Source of the DNA: a virus
Lineage: Duplodnaviria > Caudoviricetes
DNA length: 64,000 bases
Reading direction: 5' to 3' (one strand)
IMG/VR virus record: IMGVR_UViG_3300035208_003131
Location: 1-64,000 of that record
The notes beneath the pieces are model-generated. The model searched no databases and had not been told where the DNA came from. It worked only from the letters and a program-made list of their open reading frames with translations. Shown piece after piece: positions 8,935-19,411 of the stretch (position 1 is its first letter; the number at the start of each line of letters is the position of its first letter). The position numbers and the translations under genes are program-made.

Positions 8935-9975
8935 TTATTTAATAGTAGTATTTAATTGACTAGACAAATACAGAATTTTTCCTGAATATAATGTTAACAT
9001 CTTTTGATACTCACTATATAATTTTCGATTATGTGTTGTTGTTGGTATTACCGACTGTTTACAATACCTTAACTCATCTATATATCGACTACGAACTTTA
9101 ACTATGTCACCAAGCTCATTTGAAATACACCAATAATCTTTAGTAGGTGTAAATACAATACCTTCACTTATATCATAAAACTCTTCAAGGTTTTGTTCAT
9201 TACTATGTTCAGCCATAAATTCGATTCGATCAAACGCACCGTAAGTGTAGTTACATATCATATCAACACGATTATCAGCTAAAACAATATCAGCCATTTT
9301 ATTTCGTTCCGTTAGTATAGAATGAACCTTACGAATATCGATTGTATCCATTGTAATATTTGGATGATCTAGTAGAGTTTTACATAACTGCTCATATCCA
9401 TTGACAGGTCTATAAACACTTCCAGTATTACTACCATCAAGACATGATAGATCTATCTCACGAGCTAATCCCTCACGAGTAAACTTAGATTGGCGAATAC
9501 CACCCCATTTATTTATACCCATATGTTTTAATAGACTATCATATAACCATTTAGGAAAAAAGTTTTTATATATATTGATAAAATTGTTTACATTTTCCAG
9601 ATTCTCACGAAACTCACCAATTGTACTTAAACAAAATTCAACTTGTTCCCACTCCTCAGCTGAGTCAAAACTTGATTTATTCAACGGATAACTAATAAGA
9701 CCATTACGAGTATTCACAAATTTCAAATCATTGAATGGTATATATACAAATGTTGAATTTGTTAATTTTTTAAATTCAACATCGACCCCAAGGGCTTTTA
9801 TCTGTAGTACATTCTCATATGATATATAATCTCGTGTTTCATCCAACGGATGTCCCAGTGTACCAGTTTGTAGATATACAATTTCTATATCTCGTTTTGA
9901 AGCTAATTCACGTGCAAACATTGCAGAGTCAAGCGAATATCCAATTATGTAAGTTTTCTTTTTTAATTTATTCAT
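8935..9975 (-). CDS. UDP-galactopyranose mutase-like protein with degenerate FAD motif
   Basis: YPLNKSSF, KWGG and YRPVNGYEQLCKTLLDHPNI match Glf segments, but the N-terminal motif is IIGYSLDSAMFARELA rather than GxGxxG. Confidence 0.65.
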   Translation of the reverse strand: MNKLKKKTYIIGYSLDSAMFARELASKRDIEIVYLQTGTLGHPLDETRDYISYENVLQIKALGVDVEFKKLTNSTFVYIPFNDLKFVNTRNGLISYPLNKSSFDSAEEWEQVEFCLSTIGEFRENLENVNNFINIYKNFFPKWLYDSLLKHMGINKWGGIRQSKFTREGLAREIDLSCLDGSNTGSVYRPVNGYEQLCKTLLDHPNITMDTIDIRKVHSILTERNKMADIVLADNRVDMICNYTYGAFDRIEFMAEHSNEQNLEEFYDISEGIVFTPTKDYWCISNELGDIVKVRSRYIDELRYCKQSVIPTTTHNRKLYSEYQKMLTLYSGKILYLSSQLNTTIK

Positions 9976-10402
9976 TAAATGCCATCTCGTCCTTTACTAA
10001 AGGTAAAATATATTTTTCTAACCACTCAGGTGTCGGAAAGCCCATAATGATATCAATTATTTTTCCATCCCCATCACAGAAGATATGCATAGGAGTTTTT
10101 GTAAATCCCATTTCTTGATATATTAGGTTCTTTTCAGGTTCATCTTCTAAAATCCATTTAACGTTTCTAGTTGGATCAGTAAATAATCCATATTTAATAA
10201 ACCACTGGTTCATTGCAGCAAATTTAAATTGACAATCATCACATAAATCATCCTCACCATAAAATGTAAACAACCACATAAAAGTATTACTATACTCTCG
10301 CATAAGCTGTTCACCGCTTACTTCTTTACCAAACTCAACTAAACGTTTGTTAATTGGAACATAAATGTGATCAATAGGGGCTTTTTTATTACAACAGGTC
10401 AT
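9968..10402 (-). CDS. Thioredoxin-fold protein
   Basis: FY...CDDC (CxxC), cis-Pro segment KTPMHIF, DGKII...GF. Confidence 0.8.
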   Translation of the reverse strand: MTCCNKKAPIDHIYVPINKRLVEFGKEVSGEQLMREYSNTFMWLFTFYGEDDLCDDCQFKFAAMNQWFIKYGLFTDPTRNVKWILEDEPEKNLIYQEMGFTKTPMHIFCDGDGKIIDIIMGFPTPEWLEKYILPLVKDEMAFNE

Positions 10403-10471
10403 AGTTTATCATCTTACTTAATAGTCTTTATCTACTAATATATACAATTTAAACCTATTTATTAATGAACA

Positions 10472-11002
10472 TTACTTAAATAAAGTATTAGTATTTTTTT
10501 CGTTTAGAATACGCCACACGATACCATTTTTCAAACACCAGTTTTGAGCAGCTTCCCATTTAGCCATATTTACCATATAATCTTTAGTATCATATTTATA
10601 CCGAAGTAAACTTTTTCTATAACGTTCCCATTTTTTAGGATCATTGTTACTTGGAGCATTAGGCTTCTTTGGCATAACACAATATTTTGCAGGTTTAATT
10701 TCAGCAAGTATTTTATGTTGAGCACCACTATCCATTTGTATATGACAATATATATCAGGCCAATAAATTGTATAATTCATGTAAATTGGATTATGGTAGT
10801 AAATTGGAAATGGTTCATACCCCCATTCAAGCACATATGGATTTATATCTAATGCATGAAACACCTCAGCTTCCCACCCAGATTTCCACATAGGAGCTTT
10901 TGCGTTTTTGTGATATTTACCCGGATTTTTTAATTGGAACGGCTCTTTTGCTTTTTTGCAATCTTTTTTATAATTCATTATATCAATACCTCGGTGTACC
11001 AT
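10472..11002 (-). CDS. Head completion nuclease, T4 gp4-like (TnsA-like PD-(D/E)xK fold)
   Basis: KSGWE...WGYEPFPIYY...YWPD...EIKP; NMAKWEAAQNWC. Confidence 0.85.
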   Translation of the reverse strand: MVHRGIDIMNYKKDCKKAKEPFQLKNPGKYHKNAKAPMWKSGWEAEVFHALDINPYVLEWGYEPFPIYYHNPIYMNYTIYWPDIYCHIQMDSGAQHKILAEIKPAKYCVMPKKPNAPSNNDPKKWERYRKSLLRYKYDTKDYMVNMAKWEAAQNWCLKNGIVWRILNEKNTNTLFK

Positions 11003-12804
11003 CTCGTATATTGAGATTGTAATGATTCTCCTGTTAGTTTATCAGGTTTAGTAGATTCTTGAATTTTATCAATGGATTCTTCGTCATAATCATTATATAA
11101 TTCATACGTTGGAGTTTTAAACGATTGAACTGGAGGATTGTTTGCTAGTGTAAACGCATCAACTACACGTTCACTAGATGTATCATCATATATATTTGTT
11201 ACCTCACGTGTACTAATTATATTACCAATTCCATCTTTACTTATTTTATCAACCTTTTCAATTAAATTTGTGTGCTCGGTTGTTTTTTTATATCGAGCTT
11301 CCCATTCAACTAACTGTAAAAATCGTTCGAAATAAATACCACGATTAACCGAAGTACCAAGATTTCTAATTATACTAATTATACTTTCTTCCACAGTTGC
11401 ATCTTTAAATAACTCTTCACCTTCTTGTATTGGAAGATCTTCATTATCAGGACCATCTTTAAATTGAATCGCATCAGCAATTGGAGTAGGATTTTTAGTT
11501 GATTGGTTTTTAGTCGCATCCAATTTACCAGTCTGTTTAAATGCATCAATTATACCAACAAAAATATTTTTACCTTTATCTTGATTCTTAACAAAAATTT
11601 CACGAATCATCGCAGGTCTAGGCTGCTGTGATTGGACTTGTTGTGCTATACATGATTGATATAAATCTATCAACATCACATCACGCCAATATTTATCATC
11701 AAGACGTAAATCTTCGTTAAGTGTTTTAATTGTAGTTCGTAAATCTTCTACAAATGTTTCACATACAAACTCAAAACAATTAGCCCAATATTTAAACGTA
11801 TTAATAATATCAATTACACTCATACCAAAGTATTCATTACCTCGCTCATCTCGCTCAACGGTATATACTAACAAACAATCAGCAGGACCTAATGTTTTTA
11901 CGATACTTGTAACATTAATTTTTTCATTCAATAATATACAATACATACGCATTAATTCTCTAAGCGGAGCCATAAGAAGATCCATTGTAGTTTTAATAAA
12001 TTTATCAAGCATGTTGAAACCTTTATCAATATTATCAAGAATAGTATTATCAACAAAATCATTTACAGCAGAAAGTATTTCATCTGGACTTATTAAAAAT
12101 TTAGTCTCCACACACGCAACCACCTGTGCTGCCGTCGTATATTTATTTCCATATTCATCTTCAGTGCAATCAAACATTGATGATACTATATCTTGAATAC
12201 ATGGACATTTTTCCATAAGTTCAATTAAAATATCAAAATCAGTTATATTGTTAATTACTTTATTAATTGCTAGTTTTGCATCAACAATTACACTTACGAT
12301 ACAATCACGAACTTCACTAGTAAAATCAAGTAAAGCCTTTTCAAGTTTACGTTTAAGTATATCAATTTTTTTAAATAATACAAACGCCGCTTTAGTAGCA
12401 GCATCAACATAAAAAATTACTGTTCTATATGCATTAGTTACAGTTACACAAAATGATGATGTAATACTCTCACTATCAAATCCAACATCACTAGATACTT
12501 TATCTAAAGCACCACCAACTTTCTGCATCCCAGTCTGTAAATTGACATTTTCAGATACCCAATCATACCCACCACGAACAGCACCTGTAGTTGTAGGAAA
12601 TTGATTAGAAAAATAATCCATAACTACATCTGTACAATTAGTACGTTGTAATTTCAAGGTAGCACTTTCTAACGCATCAACAAATGTATCGAATAAAAAT
12701 TCATCACCTTTACTCTTATTATTCGCTACGTTTTTATCGGTTGCATTTTTTACACCACTCGCAGCAACATTTTCATTTATAATTTTATTTATACACTTAG
12801 CCAT
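10978..12804 (-). CDS. Hypothetical Cys-rich protein in the baseplate operon
   Basis: 608-aa ORF between gp5-like and gp4-like genes, abutting both; many Cys (KCPC, CFEFVC). Confidence 0.75.
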   Translation of the reverse strand: MAKCINKIINENVAASGVKNATDKNVANNKSKGDEFLFDTFVDALESATLKLQRTNCTDVVMDYFSNQFPTTTGAVRGGYDWVSENVNLQTGMQKVGGALDKVSSDVGFDSESITSSFCVTVTNAYRTVIFYVDAATKAAFVLFKKIDILKRKLEKALLDFTSEVRDCIVSVIVDAKLAINKVINNITDFDILIELMEKCPCIQDIVSSMFDCTEDEYGNKYTTAAQVVACVETKFLISPDEILSAVNDFVDNTILDNIDKGFNMLDKFIKTTMDLLMAPLRELMRMYCILLNEKINVTSIVKTLGPADCLLVYTVERDERGNEYFGMSVIDIINTFKYWANCFEFVCETFVEDLRTTIKTLNEDLRLDDKYWRDVMLIDLYQSCIAQQVQSQQPRPAMIREIFVKNQDKGKNIFVGIIDAFKQTGKLDATKNQSTKNPTPIADAIQFKDGPDNEDLPIQEGEELFKDATVEESIISIIRNLGTSVNRGIYFERFLQLVEWEARYKKTTEHTNLIEKVDKISKDGIGNIISTREVTNIYDDTSSERVVDAFTLANNPPVQSFKTPTYELYNDYDEESIDKIQESTKPDKLTGESLQSQYTRWYTEVLI

Positions 12805-14039
12805 TATACAATCCTTGTACCATCTAGGTTACCAATTCCTTCCACAGGAGGAATCGCAATTAATACATCAGGTGATACCGGTATAATTGGTATACCTACA
12901 TTTTTAGCTTCATATCTAATATGGGCTACAAGTTTAGATATAGTTTCATATTGATATGTCGTGAATGAAGAACCTGTACCACTTAACATAATAACAACAG
13001 CCCCATCATTAGCTTGATCACCATTTACGGTCTTAGCTTCACTCATATAATGAACATCATTTGTAGTATCAACAAATTGGATAAATCCTTTTTGTTTATC
13101 CTCGTCAGTTCCCTCACGTTCACTATCAACAGGAGGAGTTCCCTCAACTCTACCAATTAAATAATGCACACCCATATCATTACCACCATCTGTAATTCTA
13201 CCAGCGGATTCTAAAAAATCATCACTATCAGATTTATCGATAATAATACGAGTAATTTCTTTATCCACTACATCAATATAACTCTCGATCGGGTAGAAAG
13301 GTACACTACCAATCACATCACCACTAGCATCATATAGATCACGAGTTTCAAGCTCACTACCACCAACTTCTTTAGATGGTTCTCGATCTTCAACCGTATC
13401 AAAATCATTATTACTTTTACCATTAATTGAATCAGCAACCGCTGATGACATATGTGTTACAAACATATATTCAGATCCCTGATATGCCCCACCATTAACT
13501 ATATTATTACCTACCGGTGTACACGTAAATGGATCAATCGTAGCTTCAGTTAATACCGAATGTATACGAGTACCCTGAGTGTTAATTGCACCTCGACCAG
13601 CATTATTATATCCTTTATCACTATTGTGAATTAAAGCCCCAGTTGATGTCCACGTTACTTGACTATTACTTGGGTGAGTTATCCGAGATTCTTTAGTACG
13701 TCTATTATGAGTCAATTGGAAAAAATCTCCACCTAAATTAGTAACAGATACATTAGGATAATCAGATACATACTCTTCTGGTAAATATCTAGGTTCAGGT
13801 GAGGTCTGGAAATATTTTCCTTTTTGAATATCACCATCATCAAATGCAACACGCATCAACGTTCCTTTAGTAGGAACAGCTTGCATACTATTTACACCTG
13901 GAAGTACAAATGGTTGTTCATCAGGTTTAAGTGTATCAGTTACACCTTTAATTAATGCACGAACAGCACCACCGTGATTTGGATCAATCTCATCACTTAC
14001 AACAACCGCATCATAATATTTATCATTAAGCTTTCCCAT
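12804..14039 (-). CDS. Baseplate hub/spike protein, gp5-like OB-fold plus degenerate amidase-fold C-terminal domain
   Basis: AVVVSDEIDPNHGGAVRALIKG...VPTKGTLMRVAFDDGD is the gp5/VgrG OB-fold; C-terminal RIIID...VHYLIG...AND.AVVI...QYETISKLV. Confidence 0.75.
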   Translation of the reverse strand: MGKLNDKYYDAVVVSDEIDPNHGGAVRALIKGVTDTLKPDEQPFVLPGVNSMQAVPTKGTLMRVAFDDGDIQKGKYFQTSPEPRYLPEEYVSDYPNVSVTNLGGDFFQLTHNRRTKESRITHPSNSQVTWTSTGALIHNSDKGYNNAGRGAINTQGTRIHSVLTEATIDPFTCTPVGNNIVNGGAYQGSEYMFVTHMSSAVADSINGKSNNDFDTVEDREPSKEVGGSELETRDLYDASGDVIGSVPFYPIESYIDVVDKEITRIIIDKSDSDDFLESAGRITDGGNDMGVHYLIGRVEGTPPVDSEREGTDEDKQKGFIQFVDTTNDVHYMSEAKTVNGDQANDGAVVIMLSGTGSSFTTYQYETISKLVAHIRYEAKNVGIPIIPVSPDVLIAIPPVEGIGNLDGTRIV

Positions 14040-15349
14040 TATTTAGCATCCTTAAGCATATTAACCATATCAGTTACATTTTCAAATCCAGTTGTTCCAT
14101 AATTATTCGACACATAGGTCAATATAGTTGTAGTTGATTGTTTTGCAGTTGGTAATATTTTTGCTGTCGTAGTTGGTGATACAGTTGAGTATTCAACTAA
14201 TTTACTAACAAGTATATATTTATCACTATATGTATTATCAAGTCCATCAGCACGAACTTTATGGTCATTCGCCAATGCAATTATAATCGCAGTTGTTCCA
14301 AGTGGAGGTCCAATTGAATTATGAACTCTCAATTGTATAACTTTACCATATGTAGCTAATCTATATTCACGATATACATCAGAAACTGAATACATTTTAT
14401 ATGTATTATTTGGTGCATGTCTACGGACAATTAATGGTCCAAATACTTCATCCGCCGAAGCACCAGTAACTGTTTTAACCTCTTCTTGTTTATTATCACC
14501 CATTGATTTAAGCACACTAGCAAAACATGCTTTTCTAAACCCAGCCTGTTCAATTTCAGTATCGACTACACCAGAGAATGACACATTAGGAAATAACTTT
14601 TCTCGATGCTTACCAAGTGTATTTGATTTACGATTAGTATCATATGTCCATATAGTAACAGCAGGATCATCCAATGTAAGTTTAGCTTCACTTGTAGCAG
14701 TATACGCATTCTCCGAATATATGAACAAATGACGATCATCCAAAGCATATTCTAGATTAAATGACGATATACGCATATAACTGTTTACATCATCATATAC
14801 CCAAAATAAAAAATCATTTTTTATATATGAATGACTCACGGTCTCGTCTAATGCACTCCACATATCATCTTGTATATATCGCCATGTCATTGAATCTGAT
14901 GGTTTATCAAATTCAAGATCAGTTAAATTTTCAATCGCAAGATGTTTATATGTATTGCATATATCCATCATAGCTTCTAAACTAGTACCTTTAAATACAC
15001 GAGTTTTATTAGTTAGTGCTATTTGGTTCCCAGCACTCCATTTAATTTGATATGTAGTGTTTGATCCACTAACTGATAAATGATTCATCTCATCAATAAT
15101 AAAATTTAATGTACTAGCTTTTGCAGTATTATTATCACTTGTGTCAGTAAAATAAAAACTACCATAGTCACCACTCTGAGTAACAAGTAGATCACTATTA
15201 GAATCAGTCAATATCATTTCACCTGAAGGTACACTATTCAATGTATTTGAAAATGCGAATTTTACTAATGACGCAGATGTAAATACTATGTCGTCGAATT
15301 GGACCATAATACCTAAATTACCACCTGCGGTTGTTTGTACTGATGACAT
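14039..15349 (-). CDS. Baseplate hub protein, gp27/GPD-like
   Basis: Immediately upstream of gp5-like gene; TRVFKG...WRYIQDD...FLFW pattern. Confidence 0.55.
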   Translation of the reverse strand: MSSVQTTAGGNLGIMVQFDDIVFTSASLVKFAFSNTLNSVPSGEMILTDSNSDLLVTQSGDYGSFYFTDTSDNNTAKASTLNFIIDEMNHLSVSGSNTTYQIKWSAGNQIALTNKTRVFKGTSLEAMMDICNTYKHLAIENLTDLEFDKPSDSMTWRYIQDDMWSALDETVSHSYIKNDFLFWVYDDVNSYMRISSFNLEYALDDRHLFIYSENAYTATSEAKLTLDDPAVTIWTYDTNRKSNTLGKHREKLFPNVSFSGVVDTEIEQAGFRKACFASVLKSMGDNKQEEVKTVTGASADEVFGPLIVRRHAPNNTYKMYSVSDVYREYRLATYGKVIQLRVHNSIGPPLGTTAIIIALANDHKVRADGLDNTYSDKYILVSKLVEYSTVSPTTTAKILPTAKQSTTTILTYVSNNYGTTGFENVTDMVNMLKDAK

Positions 15350-15352
15350 TAA

Positions 15353-15772
15353 TTACTCCTCTAAATACTCATATAATTTGAGCCATTGATCAGCACTTTC
15401 AAATGTTGGCACTAATAATGGACGACCTTCGAATACATCACTCATCATACCGTAACTATTATCTGAATAGCTATTCCAATCAAGATCTGTCAGTCTTTTT
15501 TCATCCATAATTGTTTCAAACTCAATTTCGAGTTCATCCCCAGAGTAACCATCAGATTTTAATTCAAGTCTTAATGCGTCCTCAGTTTTGCGAACACCAG
15601 CACGATATCCCATACTTAATGGAATTTCATTAGCAGCAGCTAATGCTTTATACATACGGGTTGCACCATAAATTTCATATGCAATTTTATCAAGTCTTCC
15701 AACCTGATATCCCTGCACGACATATGCTTTCTCATAAGTAAAAGTAAATTTTTTGATTCTTGGATATTTCAT
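15353..15772 (-). CDS. Baseplate wedge protein, gp53/LysM-like
   Basis: RLDKIAYEIYGATRMYKALAAAN. Confidence 0.75.
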   Translation of the reverse strand: MKYPRIKKFTFTYEKAYVVQGYQVGRLDKIAYEIYGATRMYKALAAANEIPLSMGYRAGVRKTEDALRLELKSDGYSGDELEIEFETIMDEKRLTDLDWNSYSDNSYGMMSDVFEGRPLLVPTFESADQWLKLYEYLEE

Positions 15773-15784
15773 TATATCTCTCCA

Positions 15785-17020
15785 TTATGTAATAGTTGTC
15801 GCACTTTTTGTCTGAATGGATGGTAAATCAGCAACACTTGTATATTGAGGAGAACCATTAGCAATAGCAGCATTTCTAAACTCATATGTACTTGCAAAAT
15901 CAAGACCAGCCCCTTCATTTGAACGGCTATTATAACTATCAAAACCTTCTTTTTTAATAATTGATTTATCAGGTACAGGTTCAGTACCAAATAATTCTTG
16001 TCCAAGTATACTTGTAAACTGTAAATCGGGTGCTGGATTCAACCAGTACTTGAATGTTATATCAGTTGTAACCATAATAGGTAGATGTCTACCTCTCTTA
16101 TCTTTAGTACCACTATAATTAATAAATGTTTCTTTAGAAAAAGATGTATTCACCGCAGTAATAACCAATGGCTCAATATCCATATATTGTCCAACTGATA
16201 CACGCACAGGTAATGGATTAAATGTATAATTAGAACCAAAATCTTCCTGTAGTTGCATTACACCTTTAGCAGCACCTTTAATTAAATTACCAGCAGCATC
16301 AACAGCTTGACTAAGTACTCCATCCGGTTCACCAGTATTTGATTGTACTAATTTAGTAGTAGCTTTAGCTTTTATATACGTAGTAGTTTTATTAATTAAC
16401 GCATCAACCACCGATAAATCAGTTTGCTTCGGATATGCCATTCGATATACAGTCTTTAATGATTTAATACATAACTGATATTGTTCAGGTATATACCAAC
16501 CACATTTAACATGGAAATCAGATAATTCAACCCCAGCAAATTCTTTAACAGTACCACTACCAGTTGTAGATTTATTTATACCTAGAAGACTACCACCAAT
16601 ATCACCAATACCTTCTAATGCTTTAGTTATACCACCAACAGCAGTATTAACTCCAGGTACAGCACCCGCCAGTCCTTTAATAGTATCAAGAACCGCACCT
16701 GACCCAGTTTCTGCGTTCCAGTTGGATGACATATTAAATCCAGTCTCTGATCCAGCAACCAAAAATCCATAGAACACACGTTCACCAGGTTGAGTTGTTT
16801 GTTGATATACACTCGCTCGTATGTTATCACCAGCTCGTTGAACTGCGGCTAAATAACGTTTACGTGCGTTGCCATCTAATACTTCAATGCGAAGTATATT
16901 TGGTTTAGGTAAATTGGTTGATAAACTTTCACTTAACCCACCACCTTTACTCGATGGAATTTTATTTCCTGTACCTCGATTTTTAAAATCTCTTGGTATT
17001 GCACTTTTTTGACTTGGCAT
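15785..17020 (-). CDS. Baseplate tail-tube cap, gp48-like
   Basis: PLPVRVSVG...LVITAVNTSFS...PIMVTTDITF; sits between the tape measure and gp53-like gene. Confidence 0.55.
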   Translation of the reverse strand: MPSQKSAIPRDFKNRGTGNKIPSSKGGGLSESLSTNLPKPNILRIEVLDGNARKRYLAAVQRAGDNIRASVYQQTTQPGERVFYGFLVAGSETGFNMSSNWNAETGSGAVLDTIKGLAGAVPGVNTAVGGITKALEGIGDIGGSLLGINKSTTGSGTVKEFAGVELSDFHVKCGWYIPEQYQLCIKSLKTVYRMAYPKQTDLSVVDALINKTTTYIKAKATTKLVQSNTGEPDGVLSQAVDAAGNLIKGAAKGVMQLQEDFGSNYTFNPLPVRVSVGQYMDIEPLVITAVNTSFSKETFINYSGTKDKRGRHLPIMVTTDITFKYWLNPAPDLQFTSILGQELFGTEPVPDKSIIKKEGFDSYNSRSNEGAGLDFASTYEFRNAAIANGSPQYTSVADLPSIQTKSATTIT

Positions 17021-17031
17021 TATAATTATCC

Positions 17032-19086
17032 TTAACCGAAAGTAGCTTGGGCTACCGAAGCACCCTGTACTTTCGCAATTTTTGTTTGAACTTCACTATA
17101 TTGTGTGCTAGTTAATATTTTACTAATTTCATTTGCATTAAGCCGTGCTTGTAATTCCATCTTAGCCATAGATTCACGTCCGTTTGCGGCATCTACACTA
17201 CGTATCGTAGTTTTTGGTTGCACTGTTTGTCGTGTAGATACAGCATTATTTTCATAAGAAGCAGCACTACCAAATTTACTACCACCAGCACCACGGATAT
17301 TACTACTCTTAGTTGCACCACCCATAATATCAGCACCAATACCTTCGTTAGATTCACCATACACATCATCGGCAATTAAGGCACCATCAAGAGCAAGTGA
17401 TATACCAGTACCTACACCAGGTACAGTACTCGCAACACCAGATCCAGCTTCAAGTAAAGCTCGACCATAGTTACCATTTGCAAGCTCACTAGCCGCAAGT
17501 CCTAGTCCAATAACTAAACCAACCCCCGGAATTTTCTTAAGTAAACTTTTACCTAATCCTTTAGCGACACCTTTTTTTGTAGCAGTTTTAACACCACTTT
17601 TAAGACCAGTTTTAAGTAAACCTTTACCACTTTTAACTGCGGTAGCTGCCCTCTTAGCTTTAAGTGCGGTTCTACCAGTTTTAGTTGCCCGTGCCGCACG
17701 AAGACTACTAGCTTTTGAATTACGAGCAAGTCTACCAACAGCACCAAAACTACCTTTTTTCAGTAACATACCACCAATACCACCAACAATAGCACCACCG
17801 AGACTACCTAACATAGTACTCATTATACCACCATCAGAATCTTTTTCAGTTACACTAGTTTTTTGACCAATACCACCTTCAAGAATACTATTTAAATTTT
17901 CAAGTTCGTTATATATTCCAGTAATATACTCACCATATGTTTTTGGATTACTTGAACTAGACAATGAAGTATTAAATAATCTAGTATTATCTTTTTTATC
18001 TTCAGTCCTATTTTTACTTTTACTACCACCATCACTATTTTTATTAAAAAGTGAAAATTTAGATGAACCATTTTTTGATTCATTTTTATTTTTTGTTAAT
18101 TCGAGCATACCATCAATTGAATCAACATCTGACATCACACTATTCGCAATATTACTCTTAGTCTGTTCAATTAAAAGCCCTTTATCGGATTTACTCATTT
18201 TACGAAAATTTTTATCAGCACGACCTTTCTGGTACATATGCTCAGTTGCAGTTAAATCACCAAACGTTTCAGATCTATCTCGAATCGATCCTTTTAATTT
18301 ATCAATTCTTAATTTGTTTGCAGTAAGGTCTACTTCACTTACACCACCCATACGTAATTTATCTATTTTATCCGCCTCAGCAGATAGTATCGATTTATCA
18401 CGATTAATTTTTGATGTTTCGTTTTTTATTTTTTTTTGTCGTCTACGACTTCCAATTCCAGTAACACTCTCCTTACCACGTTTAAGTGACATTCCCATTT
18501 CACGGAATCCGGTTAGTATTCCACCGATACCACCACCGATCTTACTCCCACCTTCACCTGTTCGCACAAATGAACGTTCAAGTAATCCAGCACCTGATCC
18601 CTCAATGATATTTCCCTTTTCATCACGTTTAATTCTAGTATTTTCAACTCGATCATCATTCTTTTGAGTTAACTCAGCAAGTACACGCAAATAATCATTT
18701 GTTTGCATTTGCCCTTCATTGGATTCTTCTTGTGCTGTTAATTGCTCTTCCCTAAGACGAATAGCAGTCATAGCGGCTTTATCCGCAATCTCTTGATCAG
18801 CTTTTCTATCATCCTCTTCGGATTTGGCTTTAAGTTTATTGACTAATTCATTATGATCATCAAGAGTTTTTTGTTGATCAGTTGCAATACTGTCATTCGG
18901 TGTATACGACGCAGTTTCCACATCATCATCAACCGAATCAGCTTTTTGTTGATCCGCTAGTGTCTTATCAATACGTTCAAGAGTAACGGTTGACTGAGTC
19001 GATGTCTCAAGCATTCCCGCCATGTGTGTACGTAATTTTTGTAGTTCCCCAATAAGAAGTTCTACCGTTTCTTCATTAATACCCAT
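17032..19086 (-). CDS. Tape measure/baseplate hub protein, gp29-like
   Basis: Coiled-coil N-terminus and Gly/Ala-rich LLKKIPGVGLVIGLGLA...PGVGTGISLALD; follows the chaperone genes. Confidence 0.7.
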   Translation of the reverse strand: MGINEETVELLIGELQKLRTHMAGMLETSTQSTVTLERIDKTLADQQKADSVDDDVETASYTPNDSIATDQQKTLDDHNELVNKLKAKSEEDDRKADQEIADKAAMTAIRLREEQLTAQEESNEGQMQTNDYLRVLAELTQKNDDRVENTRIKRDEKGNIIEGSGAGLLERSFVRTGEGGSKIGGGIGGILTGFREMGMSLKRGKESVTGIGSRRRQKKIKNETSKINRDKSILSAEADKIDKLRMGGVSEVDLTANKLRIDKLKGSIRDRSETFGDLTATEHMYQKGRADKNFRKMSKSDKGLLIEQTKSNIANSVMSDVDSIDGMLELTKNKNESKNGSSKFSLFNKNSDGGSKSKNRTEDKKDNTRLFNTSLSSSSNPKTYGEYITGIYNELENLNSILEGGIGQKTSVTEKDSDGGIMSTMLGSLGGAIVGGIGGMLLKKGSFGAVGRLARNSKASSLRAARATKTGRTALKAKRAATAVKSGKGLLKTGLKSGVKTATKKGVAKGLGKSLLKKIPGVGLVIGLGLAASELANGNYGRALLEAGSGVASTVPGVGTGISLALDGALIADDVYGESNEGIGADIMGGATKSSNIRGAGGSKFGSAASYENNAVSTRQTVQPKTTIRSVDAANGRESMAKMELQARLNANEISKILTSTQYSEVQTKIAKVQGASVAQATFG

Positions 19087-19111
19087 AATATTCTACATTT
19101 GTTTCTAGTTA

Positions 19112-19120
19112 TAGTTTATA
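19112..19120 (-). promoter_or_regulatory. Putative late promoter TATAAACTA
   Basis: Exact motif 25 nt upstream of the tape-measure ATG. Confidence 0.7.
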
Positions 19121-19125
19121 AAAAC

Positions 19126-19160
19126 AAAAAAGGACCATTTTATTAAAAAATAGTCCTTTT
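19126..19160 (-). terminator. Intrinsic terminator
   Basis: AAAAGGAC/GTCCTTTT inverted repeat downstream of 19183. Confidence 0.55.
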
Positions 19161-19182
19161 GAATGTATAATATTATTTTTTG

Positions 19183-19411
19183 TTACGCTTGATGTGAAAC
19201 AATTGACACAATTGACTCTAACATCCCCTGAGCTTCCTCAGCTTTCTTATCCAATGTTGTTTTAACTACCTCATCCAGCTTAATAAAATCTGGTACGAAC
19301 ATTCTATCACAATCAAAAAATGAGTTTGAACTATGCATTGAAATCAACGCTTTAGATTCCCGTATCTGATCATCAGGTACTAAAGGGAATATATATTTCA
19401 GGTCGAAAGGG
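19183..19411 (-). CDS. gp51-like tail assembly chaperone C-terminal segment, possibly reached by frameshift
   Basis: IRESKALISMHSSNSFFDCDRMFVP resembles the T4-like gp51 pattern (LMQHHKYSLTELENMxP). Its frame overlaps the end of the gp26-like gene and has no good start codon; the ORF track gives 19473. Confidence 0.55.

Noticed and set aside
8935-9975. Calling this gene a functional glf
   Set aside because: The FAD-binding GxGxxG motif is missing, so the gene symbol is withheld and it is reported as a degenerate homolog.
10402-10410. Near-match late motif (GATAAACTA on -) at the thioredoxin start
   Set aside because: It has one mismatch and overlaps the start codon, so it cannot serve as that gene's promoter; likely chance.
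10472-11002. TnsA-like nuclease suggesting a Tn7-type element
   Set aside because: Motifs and baseplate-operon position match T4 gp4; no tnsB/C/D or terminal repeats seen.
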